Positions 37,096-48,981 of a DNA stretch of 64,000 bases are shown in pieces (positions within the stretch are counted from its first letter, which is position 1; each line of letters begins with the position of its first letter). The notes below the pieces were generated by a model. It made no database searches. It was not told the DNA's origin and saw nothing but the letters and a program-made list of their open reading frames with translations. Origin of the DNA: an uncultured Actinomycetes bacterium (GTDB taxonomy: Bacteria; Actinomycetota; Thermoleophilia; UBA2241). The translations under genes and the position numbers were made by a program. The DNA is taken from NCBI GenBank assembly GCA_963725665.1, contig CAVRZA010000011.1, positions 384,001 through 448,000 of the forward strand. The letters run 5' to 3'.

Positions 37096-38751
37096 TCAGC
37101 GCGCCGGACCCGACGCCGGCGGCGTGTCGGTCCGGCGCGTCTCGACGGCCAGGCTGCGCCCGAGCGCCTTCTCCACTGCCTCCTGGCGCGTTTGGATCCC
37201 CCACAGCTCCAGGTGACAATCGCCCGCGGTCGTGAGCTCGAGCACGGCCGTCGCGGCATCGATGCGCCCGAAGCGCGCGTTGCGCACGCACCCAGTGTGA
37301 CTGCGGTCGAGGCGTTCCGCCAGGCGCAGCAGGAGCGCGAGCATGCGCGTGGCGCGACGGTCCCCCGCGTCGAGCTCGGCCAGCTCCGGGTTGCGCGAGC
37401 CGGGCAGCGCCTTGCGGTGGAAGCGCGTGACGGCCGCGAGCAACTCGATCTCCTCCTGGTCGAAGCCCAGCAGATCGGCGTTGCGCACGAGGTAGGCGGT
37501 GTGCAGGTGGTGGTCGCGGTACGAGAGGAAGGTGCCGACGTCGTGCAGCAAGGCGGCGTAGCCGAGGAGCTCGCGCTCGCGCTCTCCCAGGTCGTGCAGG
37601 CCGGTCTCGTGGCCGCTGTCGAAGAGCGCGAGCGCGAGCTCCCTCACGTGCCGGGCGTGGGGCTCGTCGAACTTGCAGCGGCGGCCGAGCTGCACCACGC
37701 TGCGCTCGCGCACGTCGAGACCGCGCACGAGTCCGCGGTGTCGGCTGCGGCGCAGGTAGTCCATGAGCATGCCCTCGCGCACCCCGCAGTCGGCGAGGGC
37801 TACGATCTCGGGCAGGTCGAGCTCGGTCATGAGCGTCTCGAGGACGGCGGCGCCGGCGACGATGATGTCGGCGCGCTCGGGGTTGATGCCCGGCACCGAG
37901 CGACGCTCCTCGGCCGTCATGGCGCGCAGCGTCTTGGCCACCTTCCTGAGATCGCCGCGCGCAAGCGGCTGGTCGTGGGCAGGCGTCTCGTCGTGCAGCG
38001 TCTTGGCGGCGATGGCGGCCAGGTTGCGCATCGATCCCGACGTGCCGAAGGCGGCGTCGATGCGGAAGCGTTTGAGCTCGTGCACGACGTGCGCCGAGGC
38101 GAGACGCACGTGGCGCTGAACGGCCTCGTACTGGCGAGCGCTGACGCGATCCGCCCCTTGTCCCGGCACCTCCTCCTCGGTGACGCGGAGCGCGCCGAGG
38201 CGCAGCGACTCGAGATAGAAGTGCCGCCGGCGGTCGCCGATGGCGACCTCGGTGCTGCCGCCGCCGATGTCGACGACGAGCACCGTGCGGTCTCCGACGT
38301 GCACCCTGCCGAGCAGGCCGAGGTAGATCAGCCGCGCCTCCTCGCGTCCCGAGATCACGCGCACCTCGAGGCCGGCTTCGTCGCGCAGGCGATCGAGAAG
38401 CTCCGCCCGGTTCGCCGCCTCCCTGGTCGCCGACGTGGCCACGGCGACGATCTCAGAGGCGCCGTGTGAGCGCGCGAGGTCGGCGAAGCTACGGCAGACG
38501 AGCGTCGCCCTTTCGATAGCCTCGGGGACGAGACGCCCGCCACCGAACTCCCGCTCTCCGAGACGTACCGACTCTCGCTGCACGGAGATCACCGAGTAGG
38601 AATGGTTGGGACGGATCTCGACGAGCATCAGCCGCACGGAGTTGGTGCCGATGTCGACGAAGCCCACGACCTGGTCGCGTTCGGCGAGCGGCGCTGCCAC
38701 GGCTGGGGTGGTTCGTGACGAAGGCACGATGGAGATGATACCTCTAGCCAT
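37096..38751 (-). CDS. ppx: Exopolyphosphatase Ppx/GppA with HD-like C-terminal domain
   Basis: DIGTNSVRL, ATSATREA, DIGGGSTE, LLHDVG. Confidence 0.93.
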   Translation of the reverse strand: MARGIISIVPSSRTTPAVAAPLAERDQVVGFVDIGTNSVRLMLVEIRPNHSYSVISVQRESVRLGEREFGGGRLVPEAIERATLVCRSFADLARSHGASEIVAVATSATREAANRAELLDRLRDEAGLEVRVISGREEARLIYLGLLGRVHVGDRTVLVVDIGGGSTEVAIGDRRRHFYLESLRLGALRVTEEEVPGQGADRVSARQYEAVQRHVRLASAHVVHELKRFRIDAAFGTSGSMRNLAAIAAKTLHDETPAHDQPLARGDLRKVAKTLRAMTAEERRSVPGINPERADIIVAGAAVLETLMTELDLPEIVALADCGVREGMLMDYLRRSRHRGLVRGLDVRERSVVQLGRRCKFDEPHARHVRELALALFDSGHETGLHDLGERERELLGYAALLHDVGTFLSYRDHHLHTAYLVRNADLLGFDQEEIELLAAVTRFHRKALPGSRNPELAELDAGDRRATRMLALLLRLAERLDRSHTGCVRNARFGRIDAATAVLELTTAGDCHLELWGIQTRQEAVEKALGRSLAVETRRTDTPPASGPAR

Positions 38752-38818
38752 GGTCCGTGAGCCGCCTATCGAGTAATCTGAGTGGCTGTGCGCAGCGCGC
38801 GGCTGGGGAGGAGGACTG

Positions 38819-39664
38819 TTGCCACGAGACGAGCGTCAACGTGACGAGAAGACGGACAAGGACGGGACGAGCGGCGAGCCCAAGGCCAAGCTCGACCGTG
38901 CGACCTACGAGAAGGCGCTCGGCAAGCTGCACTTCGAGCTCGTGAAGCTGCAGGAGTGGATCAAGCACGAGGGCCTCAAGGTCGTGGTGCTCTTCGAGGG
39001 ACGCGACGCCGCCGGCAAGGGCGGCACCATCAAACGCATCACCGAGCCCCTCAATCCACGCGTCGTGCGCGTGGTCGCGCTGCCGGCGCCGACCGAGCGG
39101 CAGAAGACGCAGTGGTACTTCCAGCGCTACGTGGAGGAGCTGCCGGCCGCCGGCGAGATGGTCCTCCTCGACCGCAGCTGGTACAACCGCGCCGGCGTCG
39201 AGCGTGTGCTCGGCTTCACCAGCGAGGAGGAGGTACAGGAGTTCTTCCGCACCTGCCCTGAGTTCGAGCGCATGCTGATCCGTTCGGGGACCATCCTCAT
39301 CAAGTACTGGTTCAGCGTCAGCGACGAGGAGCAGGAGCGCCGCTTCCAGGAGCGCATCAACGACCCTCTCAAGCGCTGGAAGTTCAGCGAGATGGACGTC
39401 GAGTCGCGTGACCACTGGGAGGAGTACTCGCGCGCCAAGGACGAGATGTTCGCCTTCACCGACACGAAGTGGTCGCCGTGGTACGTCGTCGAGGGTGACG
39501 ACAAGCGGCGTGCGCGCCTGAACTGCATCAGTCACCTGCTCAGCATGATCCCCTACGAAGACGTGCTGCCGAAGCCGTTCAAGCTGGCGGTGCGCAAGCC
39601 GCCGAGCAAAGGCTACGTCCGTCCGCCGATGAGCGAGCAGACGTTTGTGCCGCAAGTCTTCTAG
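38819..39664 (+). CDS. ppk2: Polyphosphate kinase 2
   Basis: FEGRDAAGKGGTIKRI, DRSWYNRAGVERV, ARLNCI. Confidence 0.95.
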   Translation: MPRDERQRDEKTDKDGTSGEPKAKLDRATYEKALGKLHFELVKLQEWIKHEGLKVVVLFEGRDAAGKGGTIKRITEPLNPRVVRVVALPAPTERQKTQWYFQRYVEELPAAGEMVLLDRSWYNRAGVERVLGFTSEEEVQEFFRTCPEFERMLIRSGTILIKYWFSVSDEEQERRFQERINDPLKRWKFSEMDVESRDHWEEYSRAKDEMFAFTDTKWSPWYVVEGDDKRRARLNCISHLLSMIPYEDVLPKPFKLAVRKPPSKGYVRPPMSEQTFVPQVF

Positions 39665-39784
39665 CTGAGTGCGTCTGCGGCCCCGTGACGGCCTTGTTCT
39701 CTGCCGCCAGCGCTAACGTTTTAGCCCGGGTCCCCTAACGTGGTAAGATACCGCTCCCCTGAGGGAGTGGGAGGAACGTAGTCT

Positions 39785-40489
39785 GTGAACCTCGCCTTGC
39801 GCGAACACCCTGCGGCCGGCCTCGTGATGAACATGGCCGCGAACCTCGAGCGAGCTGCGTCGCTGCTTCCCGAAATGATGACCGGTGACGACGGGGCCTG
39901 CGGCTACGAGATCCTGGAGCGTGAGCGTGTCGGTGACGAGCTCATTCGGGATCTTCTCACATACCTCGAATCCGGCTCGCTCGCCACCGACGCGCTCGCG
40001 CGCGACGACGTGCGAGAGCTGGCCGGTGTGCTCGAGGATACGCTCGACGCCGTGGCGGCGGCGGCCGAAGGTGTGCGCCTCTACCGCCTTGACGATCCCG
40101 TGACCGAGATGCGCGAGCTGGTGCAGGGGGTGGCGCACGGAACAACTCTGCTGAGGCGGGCCGTTGCGTCCACGGAATCGTGTGGCGGTATACGCCGCTG
40201 CTGGCTCGAGCTCGCCCGGCTCGAGGACGATGGCGAGACGCTGGCTGCGACGCTGCGGGTCATGCTGCGCGACGAAGGAACTGCCGCTGCTGGGCGCTGG
40301 CGCGACATCGTCGACCTGACCGAAGAGGCTCTTCACGGCTGCCAGCACGCGGGTGCCATCCTGGTCGCTGCCGATGCTGCAGCCCGCCTAGCTCGCCTCA
40401 GTCCTCAGAGTCAGCACCGGACTCCCTGCTCGTGGTCGCGCTCGTGCCACGGGCGGGCGACGGTTGGCTCCCCGCGGCGCACACATTAA
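39785..40489 (+). CDS. DUF47/PhoU-like helical phosphate-transport regulator (divergent)
   Basis: LERERVGDEL, REDxxxL-like RDDVRELAGVLEDTLD, LEDDGE; located inside the Pho island. Confidence 0.6.
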   Translation: MNLALREHPAAGLVMNMAANLERAASLLPEMMTGDDGACGYEILERERVGDELIRDLLTYLESGSLATDALARDDVRELAGVLEDTLDAVAAAAEGVRLYRLDDPVTEMRELVQGVAHGTTLLRRAVASTESCGGIRRCWLELARLEDDGETLAATLRVMLRDEGTAAAGRWRDIVDLTEEALHGCQHAGAILVAADAAARLARLSPQSQHRTPCSWSRSCHGRATVGSPRRTH

Positions 40490-40517
40490 TGAGACACTAA
40501 CAATCGATGGCTATAGT
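40486..40517 (+). promoter_or_regulatory. PHO-box-like promoter of phoBR
   Basis: TTAAT(40486) and CTAAC(40497) at 11-bp spacing, then N10 and TATAGT. Confidence 0.65.
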
Positions 40518-40558
40518 GCCGCCCGCGGTCCTCCTCGACTTCTGACGCGGAGAGTGTG

Positions 40559-41257
<699 letters not shown>

Positions 41258-41261
<4 letters not shown>

Positions 41262-43060
41262 GGGCCATGCGACGCCCCCGTCTGCTCTGGAAGCTCTACG
41301 CGAGCTACCTCCTCATTGTCCTGGTGTGCATCGGAGCGGTCGGCTTCTTCGTCGCACGCTCGGCGCACTCGTTCTACATCTCTCACGTACAACGGGAGCT
41401 AGAGTCCCGCGCCCGCCTCGTCGAGGAGCAGGTCGCGCCGATCGTGGGGACGGACACCCCGGCCAGTCTCGAGGGTCTCGTGCAGCGACTCGGCGACGCG
41501 TCGGGAACGCGCATCACCATCATCTCGGCCGGGCCGTGGGCCGGCTCGTTGGGGACGGTGATGGCCGACTCCGAAGTCGCGCCCAGCACCATGGAGAACC
41601 ACCGCGACCGGCCTGAGGTCCAGAGGGCGCTTGGAGGAGGTGTCGGCCAGTCGATCCGCCACAGCAAGACGCTGGGGGTGGACATGATGTACGTGGCCGT
41701 CCCTCTGCTCGTGAACGGGCAGACCTACGCCGTAGTACGCACGGCCGTGCCCCTGACCGCCGTAGACCACGCCCTCTCCGCGCTGAATCAGCGTATCGCG
41801 CTCGCCGCGCTGCTCGCTGCCCTGGTGGCCGCCGGATTGGGGCTGTACCTTTCCCGACGACTCGTGGGGGACCTGGAACTCGTGAGAAAGGGTGCGGATC
41901 GGCTGGCGCACGGCGACCTGGGGCACACTGTTCCGGCCCCGAACACACGCGAGATCGGTGGTCTCGCCGACAGCCTCAACGCGATGGCGCGCGAGCTCGA
42001 CGAGCAGATCATCACGATCACCCACCAGAGGAATGAGCTGCAGGCCGTGCTGTCGAGCATGAGTGAGGGCGTCCTTGCCTTCGATTCGGAGCAGCGGGTC
42101 ATCAGTCTCAACGACGAGGCAGCGCGCCTGCTCGACGTCGACCCCGGCGAGGCGCGCCAGCGAACGATCCAGGAGGTCGTGCGCAATCCGGCTCTGCAGC
42201 GGTTCGTCGGCGACGCCCTGGCGGGGGGCGAGCCGGTTGAGGCCGACCTCGTCCTGCACACAAATCGTCTGGATCGACACATCCAGGCGCACGGAGCGGT
42301 GCTGCGCGACGCCGACGGCGTCGGCATCGGAGCCGTCGTAGTGCTGAACGACGTTACTCATTTGCGCCGACTGGAGCAAATACGGCGCGAGTTCGTGGCC
42401 AATGTGTCGCACGAGATCAGGACGCCGGTGACCTCGATCAAGGGGTTCACGGAGACGCTGCTCGACGGGGCGGATGACGACGCGGACGACCGGCACCGAT
42501 TCTTGACTATCATCTCCGGCCAGGCGGATCGTCTGGCTGCCCTGGTCGACGATCTCCTGAGCCTATCCCGGCTCGAGCGGGAAGCCGAGGAGCCGACGCT
42601 GGCGGTCGAGTTCGGCGACCTGTGCGCCCCGCTCCAGGTCGCCGTCGATGTCTGCGGTGTAAAGGCCGCCGACAAAGACATCACCCTCGCGCTCAAGTGC
42701 CCCGGGGCCGTCAAGGCGCGCTTCAATCCGCCCCTCATCGAACGCGCAGTCGTCAACCTGATCGACAACGCCGTGAAGTACAGCGAGCGCGGCGGCACCG
42801 TCGAGGTACAGGGCCTGGCGCGTAATGGCGAGGTGGTCATCAGAGTGCGAGACCAAGGCTGTGGCATCGCGGCCGAGCATCTTCCTCGGCTATTCGAGCG
42901 CTTCTATCGCGTCGACAAGGCGCGCAGCCGCGACATGGGCGGTACTGGTCTCGGTCTCGCTATCGTGAAGCATGTCGCCCAGGTCCACGACGGCTGGGTG
43001 ACGGTGCAGAGCGCGCCCGGACGCGGCAGCACCTTCGAGATCCACCTCCCCGCAAGCTAG
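41258..43060 (+). CDS. phoR: Phosphate regulon sensor kinase (HAMP-PAS-HisKA-HATPase)
   Basis: FVANVSHEIRTP, NLIDNAVKY, FERFYRVDKARSR, GGTGLGLAIVKH. Confidence 0.93.
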
Positions 43061-43231
43061 TCCTCACCGTTCCTTCTTCGGACAATCTCTCGCGACCATC
43101 CACCACGTCGGTATCCACATCGGTGCCGAGTTCATGATCCAGCCGCGCATACCGGAGACGCGTCGTGCGCGTGGCCCGCTCAACCCCGACTACTACGGCG
43201 CGGTCCGGCTTTGGATGTATCTCGCTTCTGG

Positions 43232-43274
43232 CTAACAGGAACCTAACGGTCCGCTAACACGGTATGGGTAGTTT
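43232..43274 (+). promoter_or_regulatory. PHO-box-like promoter of pstS
   Basis: CTAAC at 43232, 43243 and 43254 (11-bp period), then N10 and TAGTTT. Confidence 0.8.
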
Positions 43275-43320
43275 CCTTCCCGGGTTGGAGCGGACCGAAC
43301 GGACCAAGGAAAGGATCCAC

Positions 43321-44442
43321 ATGAGACATGTCACGAGAAGAAGACCGGGGATAGCCGCCGCCCTTGTGGCGGGCCTGCTTGTTCTGGCCGTCGGACTGGC
43401 GGCGTGCGGGAGCAGCTCGAGCCCCGCCACCTCGTCGACCACCGGGAGCGCGCTGCCCTCGATGACGGCAGACACCATCGTCGGAGCGGGTGCGACCTTC
43501 CCGTTCCCGATCTACTCGAAATGGGGCAGCGACTACCAGGCGGCCCAGGGCATCAAGCTCAACTACCAGGCCATCGGATCGGGCGGCGGCATCTCGGCCA
43601 TCGAAGCCAAAACGGTCGACTTCGGCGCCAGCGACGCGCCCCTCAGCGCGTCGGACCTCGACACCAACGGTCTCGCGCAGTGGCCTCAGATCATCGGCGG
43701 CGACGTTCCCTCCATCAACGTGAGCGGCGTCCCTGCCGGCACGCTCAAGCTTACCGGTGAGGTCCTGGCCAACATCTTCCTGGGCCAGATCAAGACCTGG
43801 AACGACCCGGCGATCGCGAGCCTGAACCCCGGCGTCACCCTCCCCAGCGAACCCATCGTGACGGTCCACCGCTCCGACGGTTCGGGCACGACGTGGATCT
43901 TCACCAACTATCTGTCGGCGGTCTCTCCGACCTGGAAGTCGCAGGTGGGCGCCGACAAGGAGGTCAACTGGCCGACCGGCCTGGCCGGCAAGGGGAATTC
44001 GGGCGTCGCGGCCATCGTGCAGAAGACCGAGGGTGCGATCGGATACAACGAGTACGCCTACGTTCTGCAGAACAACATGAACTACGCCTTGGTGCAGAAC
44101 AAGGATGGCAAGTTCGTCTCTCCCTCGGTCGAGACCTTCGCGGCTGCGGCGGTCAACGCCGACTGGAAGGCGGCGGCGCCTTCGTTCGACATCGCTCTCG
44201 TGAACGAGCCCGGGGCCAACACGTGGCCGATCACCGGAGCCTCCTTCATCCTCATGCAGAAGGATCAATCCGACGCCACGCGCGCCAAGACGGCCCTGAG
44301 CTTCTTCGACTGGGCCTTCAAGAACGGCGCCGACTCGGCAAAGAGCCTCGACTACGTGCCGATCCCAGAGAAGGTCTACACACTGATCGAGCAGACCTGG
44401 ACGGAGCAGATCATGTCCGCGGGTACCCCGGTCTGGCCCTGA
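43321..44442 (+). CDS. pstS: Phosphate-binding lipoprotein
   Basis: Lipobox LAAC; GAGATFP, IGSGGG, DFGASD, HRSDGSGTT. Confidence 0.96.
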   Translation: MRHVTRRRPGIAAALVAGLLVLAVGLAACGSSSSPATSSTTGSALPSMTADTIVGAGATFPFPIYSKWGSDYQAAQGIKLNYQAIGSGGGISAIEAKTVDFGASDAPLSASDLDTNGLAQWPQIIGGDVPSINVSGVPAGTLKLTGEVLANIFLGQIKTWNDPAIASLNPGVTLPSEPIVTVHRSDGSGTTWIFTNYLSAVSPTWKSQVGADKEVNWPTGLAGKGNSGVAAIVQKTEGAIGYNEYAYVLQNNMNYALVQNKDGKFVSPSVETFAAAAVNADWKAAAPSFDIALVNEPGANTWPITGASFILMQKDQSDATRAKTALSFFDWAFKNGADSAKSLDYVPIPEKVYTLIEQTWTEQIMSAGTPVWP

Positions 44443-44526
44443 TCGATCGGGCTGATTGGGCCGCCTTCGCAAGGGGCAGAAAGCGGCTCACATGGGGTGA
44501 AACGGCTCACATGGTAGGGAGATGAC

Positions 44527-45513
44527 GTGAGCACAGTCGAAGCAGACACACGGGCCGGGGGCGCCGCGCTGCGCGCGGCGCCCCACCGCCTGCGCAGGTG
44601 GTTCGATCCCGCGTTCCACTGGGTGACGTTTGCCTGCGCCGCGCTCATCGTGGCTCTGGTCGCGGCCACCCTGCTGCTCCTCTTCAAGAACGCCTTGCCC
44701 TCGATCCGAGAGTTCGGCTTGTCGTTCCTCACCTCTGCAGTCTGGGACCCCAGCTCGGAGCAGCTCGGCGTCTTCACCGCCATCTGGGGTACGCTGCTGA
44801 GCACGGCCATCGCGCTCATCATCGCCGTGCCGCTGGCTCTCTGCATCGCGCTGCTGCTGGTAGAGCTGGTCCATCCCGTCCCGGCGCGGATCGTGGGGAC
44901 GGCCATCGAGATGCTGGCGGCGATCCCCAGCATCATCTACGGCATGTGGGGCTTCTTCGTCCTCGGACCGTTCATGGCTCTGCACGTGGAGCCCTGGATC
45001 AGCAGCAAGCTGGGGTTCATCCCTCTGTTCGCCAACGGTGGTGCTTCCGGCGGCTGGGACGTGTTCACAGGAGGCGTCATCCTCGCGCTCATGATCCTGC
45101 CCTTCATCACCGCGGTGTCACGCGACGTGCTGGAGATGGTGCCCGGCATCCTCAAGGAGGCCGGCTACGGCATGGGCTCGACGACGTGGGAGGTCACGCG
45201 CAAGGTGAGCCTGCGCTACGGCAGCGCCGGCATCGTCGGGGCGATCATCCTGGGGCTGGGGCGCGCCATCGGCGAGACCATGGCGGTCGCCTTCGTCATC
45301 GGCAGCTCGATGAACTTCAGCTGGTCGCTGTTCAACCCCGGCTACACGATCTCCTCGCTCATCGCCAACACCTTCGCGGAGTCGACGACGAAGCTCAACA
45401 TCGCGGGTCTGATCGAGGCCGGGCTGGTATTGCTCGTGATGACGCTCGTCGTTCAGGTGTTGGCACAAGTCTGGCTCAAGAGGGTGCGGGCGACGACGGG
45501 AGGCCGGGCATGA
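44527..45513 (+). CDS. pstC: Phosphate ABC permease
   Basis: LAAIPSIIYGMWG, LGRAIGETMAV. Confidence 0.95.
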   Translation: MSTVEADTRAGGAALRAAPHRLRRWFDPAFHWVTFACAALIVALVAATLLLLFKNALPSIREFGLSFLTSAVWDPSSEQLGVFTAIWGTLLSTAIALIIAVPLALCIALLLVELVHPVPARIVGTAIEMLAAIPSIIYGMWGFFVLGPFMALHVEPWISSKLGFIPLFANGGASGGWDVFTGGVILALMILPFITAVSRDVLEMVPGILKEAGYGMGSTTWEVTRKVSLRYGSAGIVGAIILGLGRAIGETMAVAFVIGSSMNFSWSLFNPGYTISSLIANTFAESTTKLNIAGLIEAGLVLLVMTLVVQVLAQVWLKRVRATTGGRA

Positions 45514-46400
45514 GTGGTGAGGCCATCGTGGCACGCAAGCCGCTCACTCCCCGCGGTCAGACCGGCAGGCGCGTCGCCAACCTCATCATCAAGATCTTCG
45601 CCTGGGTGGCGGCGCTCATCGGCATCGCCGTCATGGCGTTCATCATCTACTACGTCGTGGTCAAGGGTGCGGCGACCATGTTCCGCTGGGGGTTCTTCAC
45701 GGAGCTGCCGCCGCCCCCTGGGGAAGGCACGGGCGGGCTGGGCAACGCGATCGTCGGCACCCTGATCCTCGTGGTGCTGGCGTCGCTGATCGGCATCCCG
45801 GTCGGGTTCCTCGCCGGCGTGTACCTGGCCGAGTTCGGGCGCACCAGCCCGATCGCCACGACCATCCGCACGGTGGCCAACATGATGGTCGGCATGCCGT
45901 CCATCATCGTCGGTGTGTTCGCCTACACGGCGCTCGTCTTGACGGTCGGACACTACTCGGTATGGGCCGGCGCATTCGCTCTGGCGGTCATCATGATCCC
46001 CGTGATGGCGCGCACCTCGGAGGACATCATGAACCTCGTCCCCAACGAGATGCGCGAGTCGGGGCTGGCGCTGGGCGCGGCGCGCTACAGGGTGACGCTC
46101 GGCGTCGTGGTCAAGGCGGCCAGGAACGGGCTTGTCACGGCGGGCCTGCTGGCAGTGGTGCGCGTGAGCGGAGAGACCGCACCGCTGCTCTTCACGGTGC
46201 TGAACAGCCAGTTCTGGCCCGACCTGAAGAACCTCAGCCAGCCTACTGCCAATCTGACGGTGAGCATTTACAACTTCGCGCTGAGCCCCTACCAGGACTG
46301 GATCGATCTGGCGTGGGGAGGAGCCCTTCTCATCATCATCGTCGTCCTCGGTATGAACATCACGACGCGCCTCCTGTTCAGCAGGCGCAAGGACTGGTAG
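45510..46400 (+). CDS. pstA: Phosphate ABC permease
   Basis: GGLGNAIVGT, PSIIVG, RVSGETAPLLFT; ATG 45510 overlaps the pstC stop. Confidence 0.95.
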   Translation: MSGEAIVARKPLTPRGQTGRRVANLIIKIFAWVAALIGIAVMAFIIYYVVVKGAATMFRWGFFTELPPPPGEGTGGLGNAIVGTLILVVLASLIGIPVGFLAGVYLAEFGRTSPIATTIRTVANMMVGMPSIIVGVFAYTALVLTVGHYSVWAGAFALAVIMIPVMARTSEDIMNLVPNEMRESGLALGAARYRVTLGVVVKAARNGLVTAGLLAVVRVSGETAPLLFTVLNSQFWPDLKNLSQPTANLTVSIYNFALSPYQDWIDLAWGGALLIIIVVLGMNITTRLLFSRRKDW

Positions 46401-46406
46401 GAAGGC

Positions 46407-47276
46407 GTGAACGACATGAAGATAGACACGGACACGCCGCGAGTGGACGCGCAGAGCATCGCCCCGCCGCGTCTCGAGGTGTCGAGCCTCACGCGGACGG
46501 AGGAGACGAAGGCCTCGGAGCGGGCGGTGAAGGTGTCGGCGAGACACCTGGACTTCTTCTACGGCAAGAACCAGGCGCTCTACGACAACACGCTCGACGT
46601 CTACGAGAACCAGATCACGGCCATCATCGGTCCCTCCGGTTGCGGCAAGTCGACGCACATCCGCACCTACAACCGCATCTACGAGCTCTATCGCGACCAG
46701 CGGGCCACCGGTGAGGTGATCCTGGACGGGGAGAACATCCTCGCCCCGTCCACTGACCTGCTCAGCCTGCGCAAGCGCGTGGGCATGATCTTCCAGAAGC
46801 CGAGCCCCTTCCCTATGACCGTCTTCGACAACATCGCCTACGGCCTTCGTCAGCACTACAAGATGGGCCGCGGCGAGCTGCACGATCGCGTCGAGGACGC
46901 GCTGCGGCGCTCGGCGCTGTGGGAGGAGGTCAAGGACAAGCTGCACGAGCCGGGGTCCGCCCTGTCGGGTGGTCAGCAGCAGCGGCTGTGCATCGCTCGA
47001 GCTGTCGCCGCCGAACCCGAGATCCTGCTGATGGACGAGCCCTGCTCGGCCATCGATCCCGTGGCGACGGCGAAGATCGAGGAGCTCATGCTCGCTCTCA
47101 AGGAGAACTACACGATCGTGATCGTGACGCACAACATGCAGCAGGCCGCGCGCGTCTCCGACTTCACGGCGTTCTTCTTCCAGGGTGCGATCGTGGAGTA
47201 CGGGGAGACGAGGCAGGTCTTCGAGAACCCGGCGCAGAAGCGGACCGAAGAGTACATCACCGGCCGCTTCGGATGA
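46407..47276 (+). CDS. pstB: Phosphate ABC ATPase
   Basis: [29 protein letters not shown]. Confidence 0.96.
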   Translation: MNDMKIDTDTPRVDAQSIAPPRLEVSSLTRTEETKASERAVKVSARHLDFFYGKNQALYDNTLDVYENQITAIIGPSGCGKSTHIRTYNRIYELYRDQRATGEVILDGENILAPSTDLLSLRKRVGMIFQKPSPFPMTVFDNIAYGLRQHYKMGRGELHDRVEDALRRSALWEEVKDKLHEPGSALSGGQQQRLCIARAVAAEPEILLMDEPCSAIDPVATAKIEELMLALKENYTIVIVTHNMQQAARVSDFTAFFFQGAIVEYGETRQVFENPAQKRTEEYITGRFG

Positions 47277-47298
47277 TCTTCAGGAAGGATTGAGAGCC

Positions 47299-48021
47299 AT
47301 GACCAGCCACCTCGAGCGCGAGATCGAGCGCCTGAAGAGGAAGATCCTTGCTTTGAGCGCGGTCGTCGAGGACAGCCTGCGCCAAGCCTTTGTGGCTCTC
47401 GAGCGCCGTGACGCGGCCCTGTGCATGCGTGTGATCGAAGGCGACGTAGAGGTCGACGAGATAGAGGTCGACATCGAGGAGGACTGCCTCAAGATCCTGG
47501 CGCTCTATCAGCCCGTGGCGCGGGATCTGCGCTTCATCGTCGCCGTCATCAAGATCAACCACCGTCTCGAGCGTCTGGCCGACCTGGCTGTGAGCGTGAC
47601 GAAGCGGACCTTGGCGCTCATCGAACACCCCTCCGTCCAGGTTCCGCCCGACTTCTTCGAGATGGCCGAGAAGTCGCGTGCCATGATCGCGCGCGCCCTC
47701 GATTCGCTCGTCAAGAGCGACACCACGCTGGCGAAGCTCGTCCTGGTCGCCGACGACGAGGTGGACAGCATGTACGTGAAGGTCCAGGAGGAGCTCAAGG
47801 ACGCCATCCGCCTGCGGCCGCAGGATCTGGATGCGCTCGTCGAGGTGTTCGCCGTGGCCCGCTACCTGGAGCGCATCGGCGATCACGCGACGAACATCGC
47901 CGAAGACGTGATCTACATGAACGAGGGCGAGATCGCCCGTCACAAGGCCGGCGTCTTCGAGTTCGACCGCGCGCCCGAGCCCAGCCCGACCGGGCGCGCG
48001 GCACGAGGAGAGACCGCCTAG
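47299..48021 (+). CDS. phoU: Phosphate signalling protein
   Basis: QPVARDLRFI, LERLAD, LERIGDHATNIAE. Confidence 0.95.
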   Translation: MTSHLEREIERLKRKILALSAVVEDSLRQAFVALERRDAALCMRVIEGDVEVDEIEVDIEEDCLKILALYQPVARDLRFIVAVIKINHRLERLADLAVSVTKRTLALIEHPSVQVPPDFFEMAEKSRAMIARALDSLVKSDTTLAKLVLVADDEVDSMYVKVQEELKDAIRLRPQDLDALVEVFAVARYLERIGDHATNIAEDVIYMNEGEIARHKAGVFEFDRAPEPSPTGRAARGETA

Positions 48022-48240
48022 CCGAAGTTCACGAGTTCACCCCTGGGGGACGCCCCTCCCCCGGCGGCCTTCAGCCCCGAAGGCTGCCCCCCCACTGCCC
48101 GGGTCCCCTACCAGCCCGGGCAGTGCCCTGCATAGGGATGTCTGCGGCACGGGGGGACCGATGGGCTTGCGGCGGTAGCGCGAACGACGCCAGGCCGAGA
48201 CCTCTGCTCGAGTGCGGCCCCTTCACCTGCGTCTGGGCGC

Positions 48241-48294
48241 CTCACACTATCCTAACGTCCGGCTTATGGTGGGCTAACGTCGGCTGGCAAAACT
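48241..48294 (+). promoter_or_regulatory. PHO-box-like promoter of two unknown genes
   Basis: CTCAC/CTAAC/CTTAT/CTAAC at 48241, 48252, 48263 and 48274, then N10 and AAAACT. Confidence 0.65.
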
Positions 48295-48335
48295 CCTTGC
48301 GGAAAAGAGCGTAAGAGGTCTCGCTGGAGGTCGCT

Positions 48336-48612
48336 ATGATCACCCGTCGGATGCGTCGACGGCGCCGGCTGCTCGACACCTACGTGCGCGTTGAACTCGA
48401 GGACCCGGGAAGGTCGTTCGACGATCAGGCCCGCCGCTCGCAACAGGAGTCGCTGCGCCCCCGGCTGGAGGCCGGCGCTCTGGACCCCGGCGACGCTGAG
48501 GAGGCTCGAGAAAGGCGATCGGCGTGATCGACGGCACAGCGTCCCTGCGCTGACGAAGACCTCCAGCAGGGCTCGCAAACCTCTCCTGAAGACCGCGCTC
48601 ACCTTCCGCTGA
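48336..48612 (+). CDS. Small Arg-rich hypothetical protein (63 aa to 48527, or ~91 aa if the C5 run at 48458-48462 has one extra base)
   Basis: GGAGG RBS; MITRRMRRRRRLLDTYVRVELED; a second frame carries on to just before the next gene. Confidence 0.5.
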
Positions 48613-48627
48613 CAAAGGCGAGCGAGG

Positions 48628-48963
48628 ATGCTTCCCGAAGTGATTGGCGAGACTGGGGAGCCGATGACGGTGATCGATCTGCTGCACGAGCGCGCGGCAC
48701 GGGAAGCGCCCCGATACCTCGAGACTTTCGAGCACCAGGAGTCGCTCACGGCCGAGTTCGTCTTCTCCGGCGAGAGTCTGTCCCACGCCGTCGCCTTGGA
48801 GCTACGCCGCGAGATACGTCGCCGGGGGTTGGCCTACTCGGTGACGCGCCGCGGCAGGTGCGTCTTTCTCACCAACCACGCCCTCTGGGGCGATGTCGAG
48901 GACGAGCTCGCCCTGCTGCTCGACGGCCTCCTCAAACGCACGCGTTCCGTTGGCGAGACCTGA
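48628..48963 (+). CDS. Hypothetical protein (start 48628 or 48664)
   Basis: Protein-like ORF with host codon usage; no family recognised. Confidence 0.7.
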   Translation: MLPEVIGETGEPMTVIDLLHERAAREAPRYLETFEHQESLTAEFVFSGESLSHAVALELRREIRRRGLAYSVTRRGRCVFLTNHALWGDVEDELALLLDGLLKRTRSVGET

Positions 48964-48981
48964 CGGCCACCGCCGAGTCCA

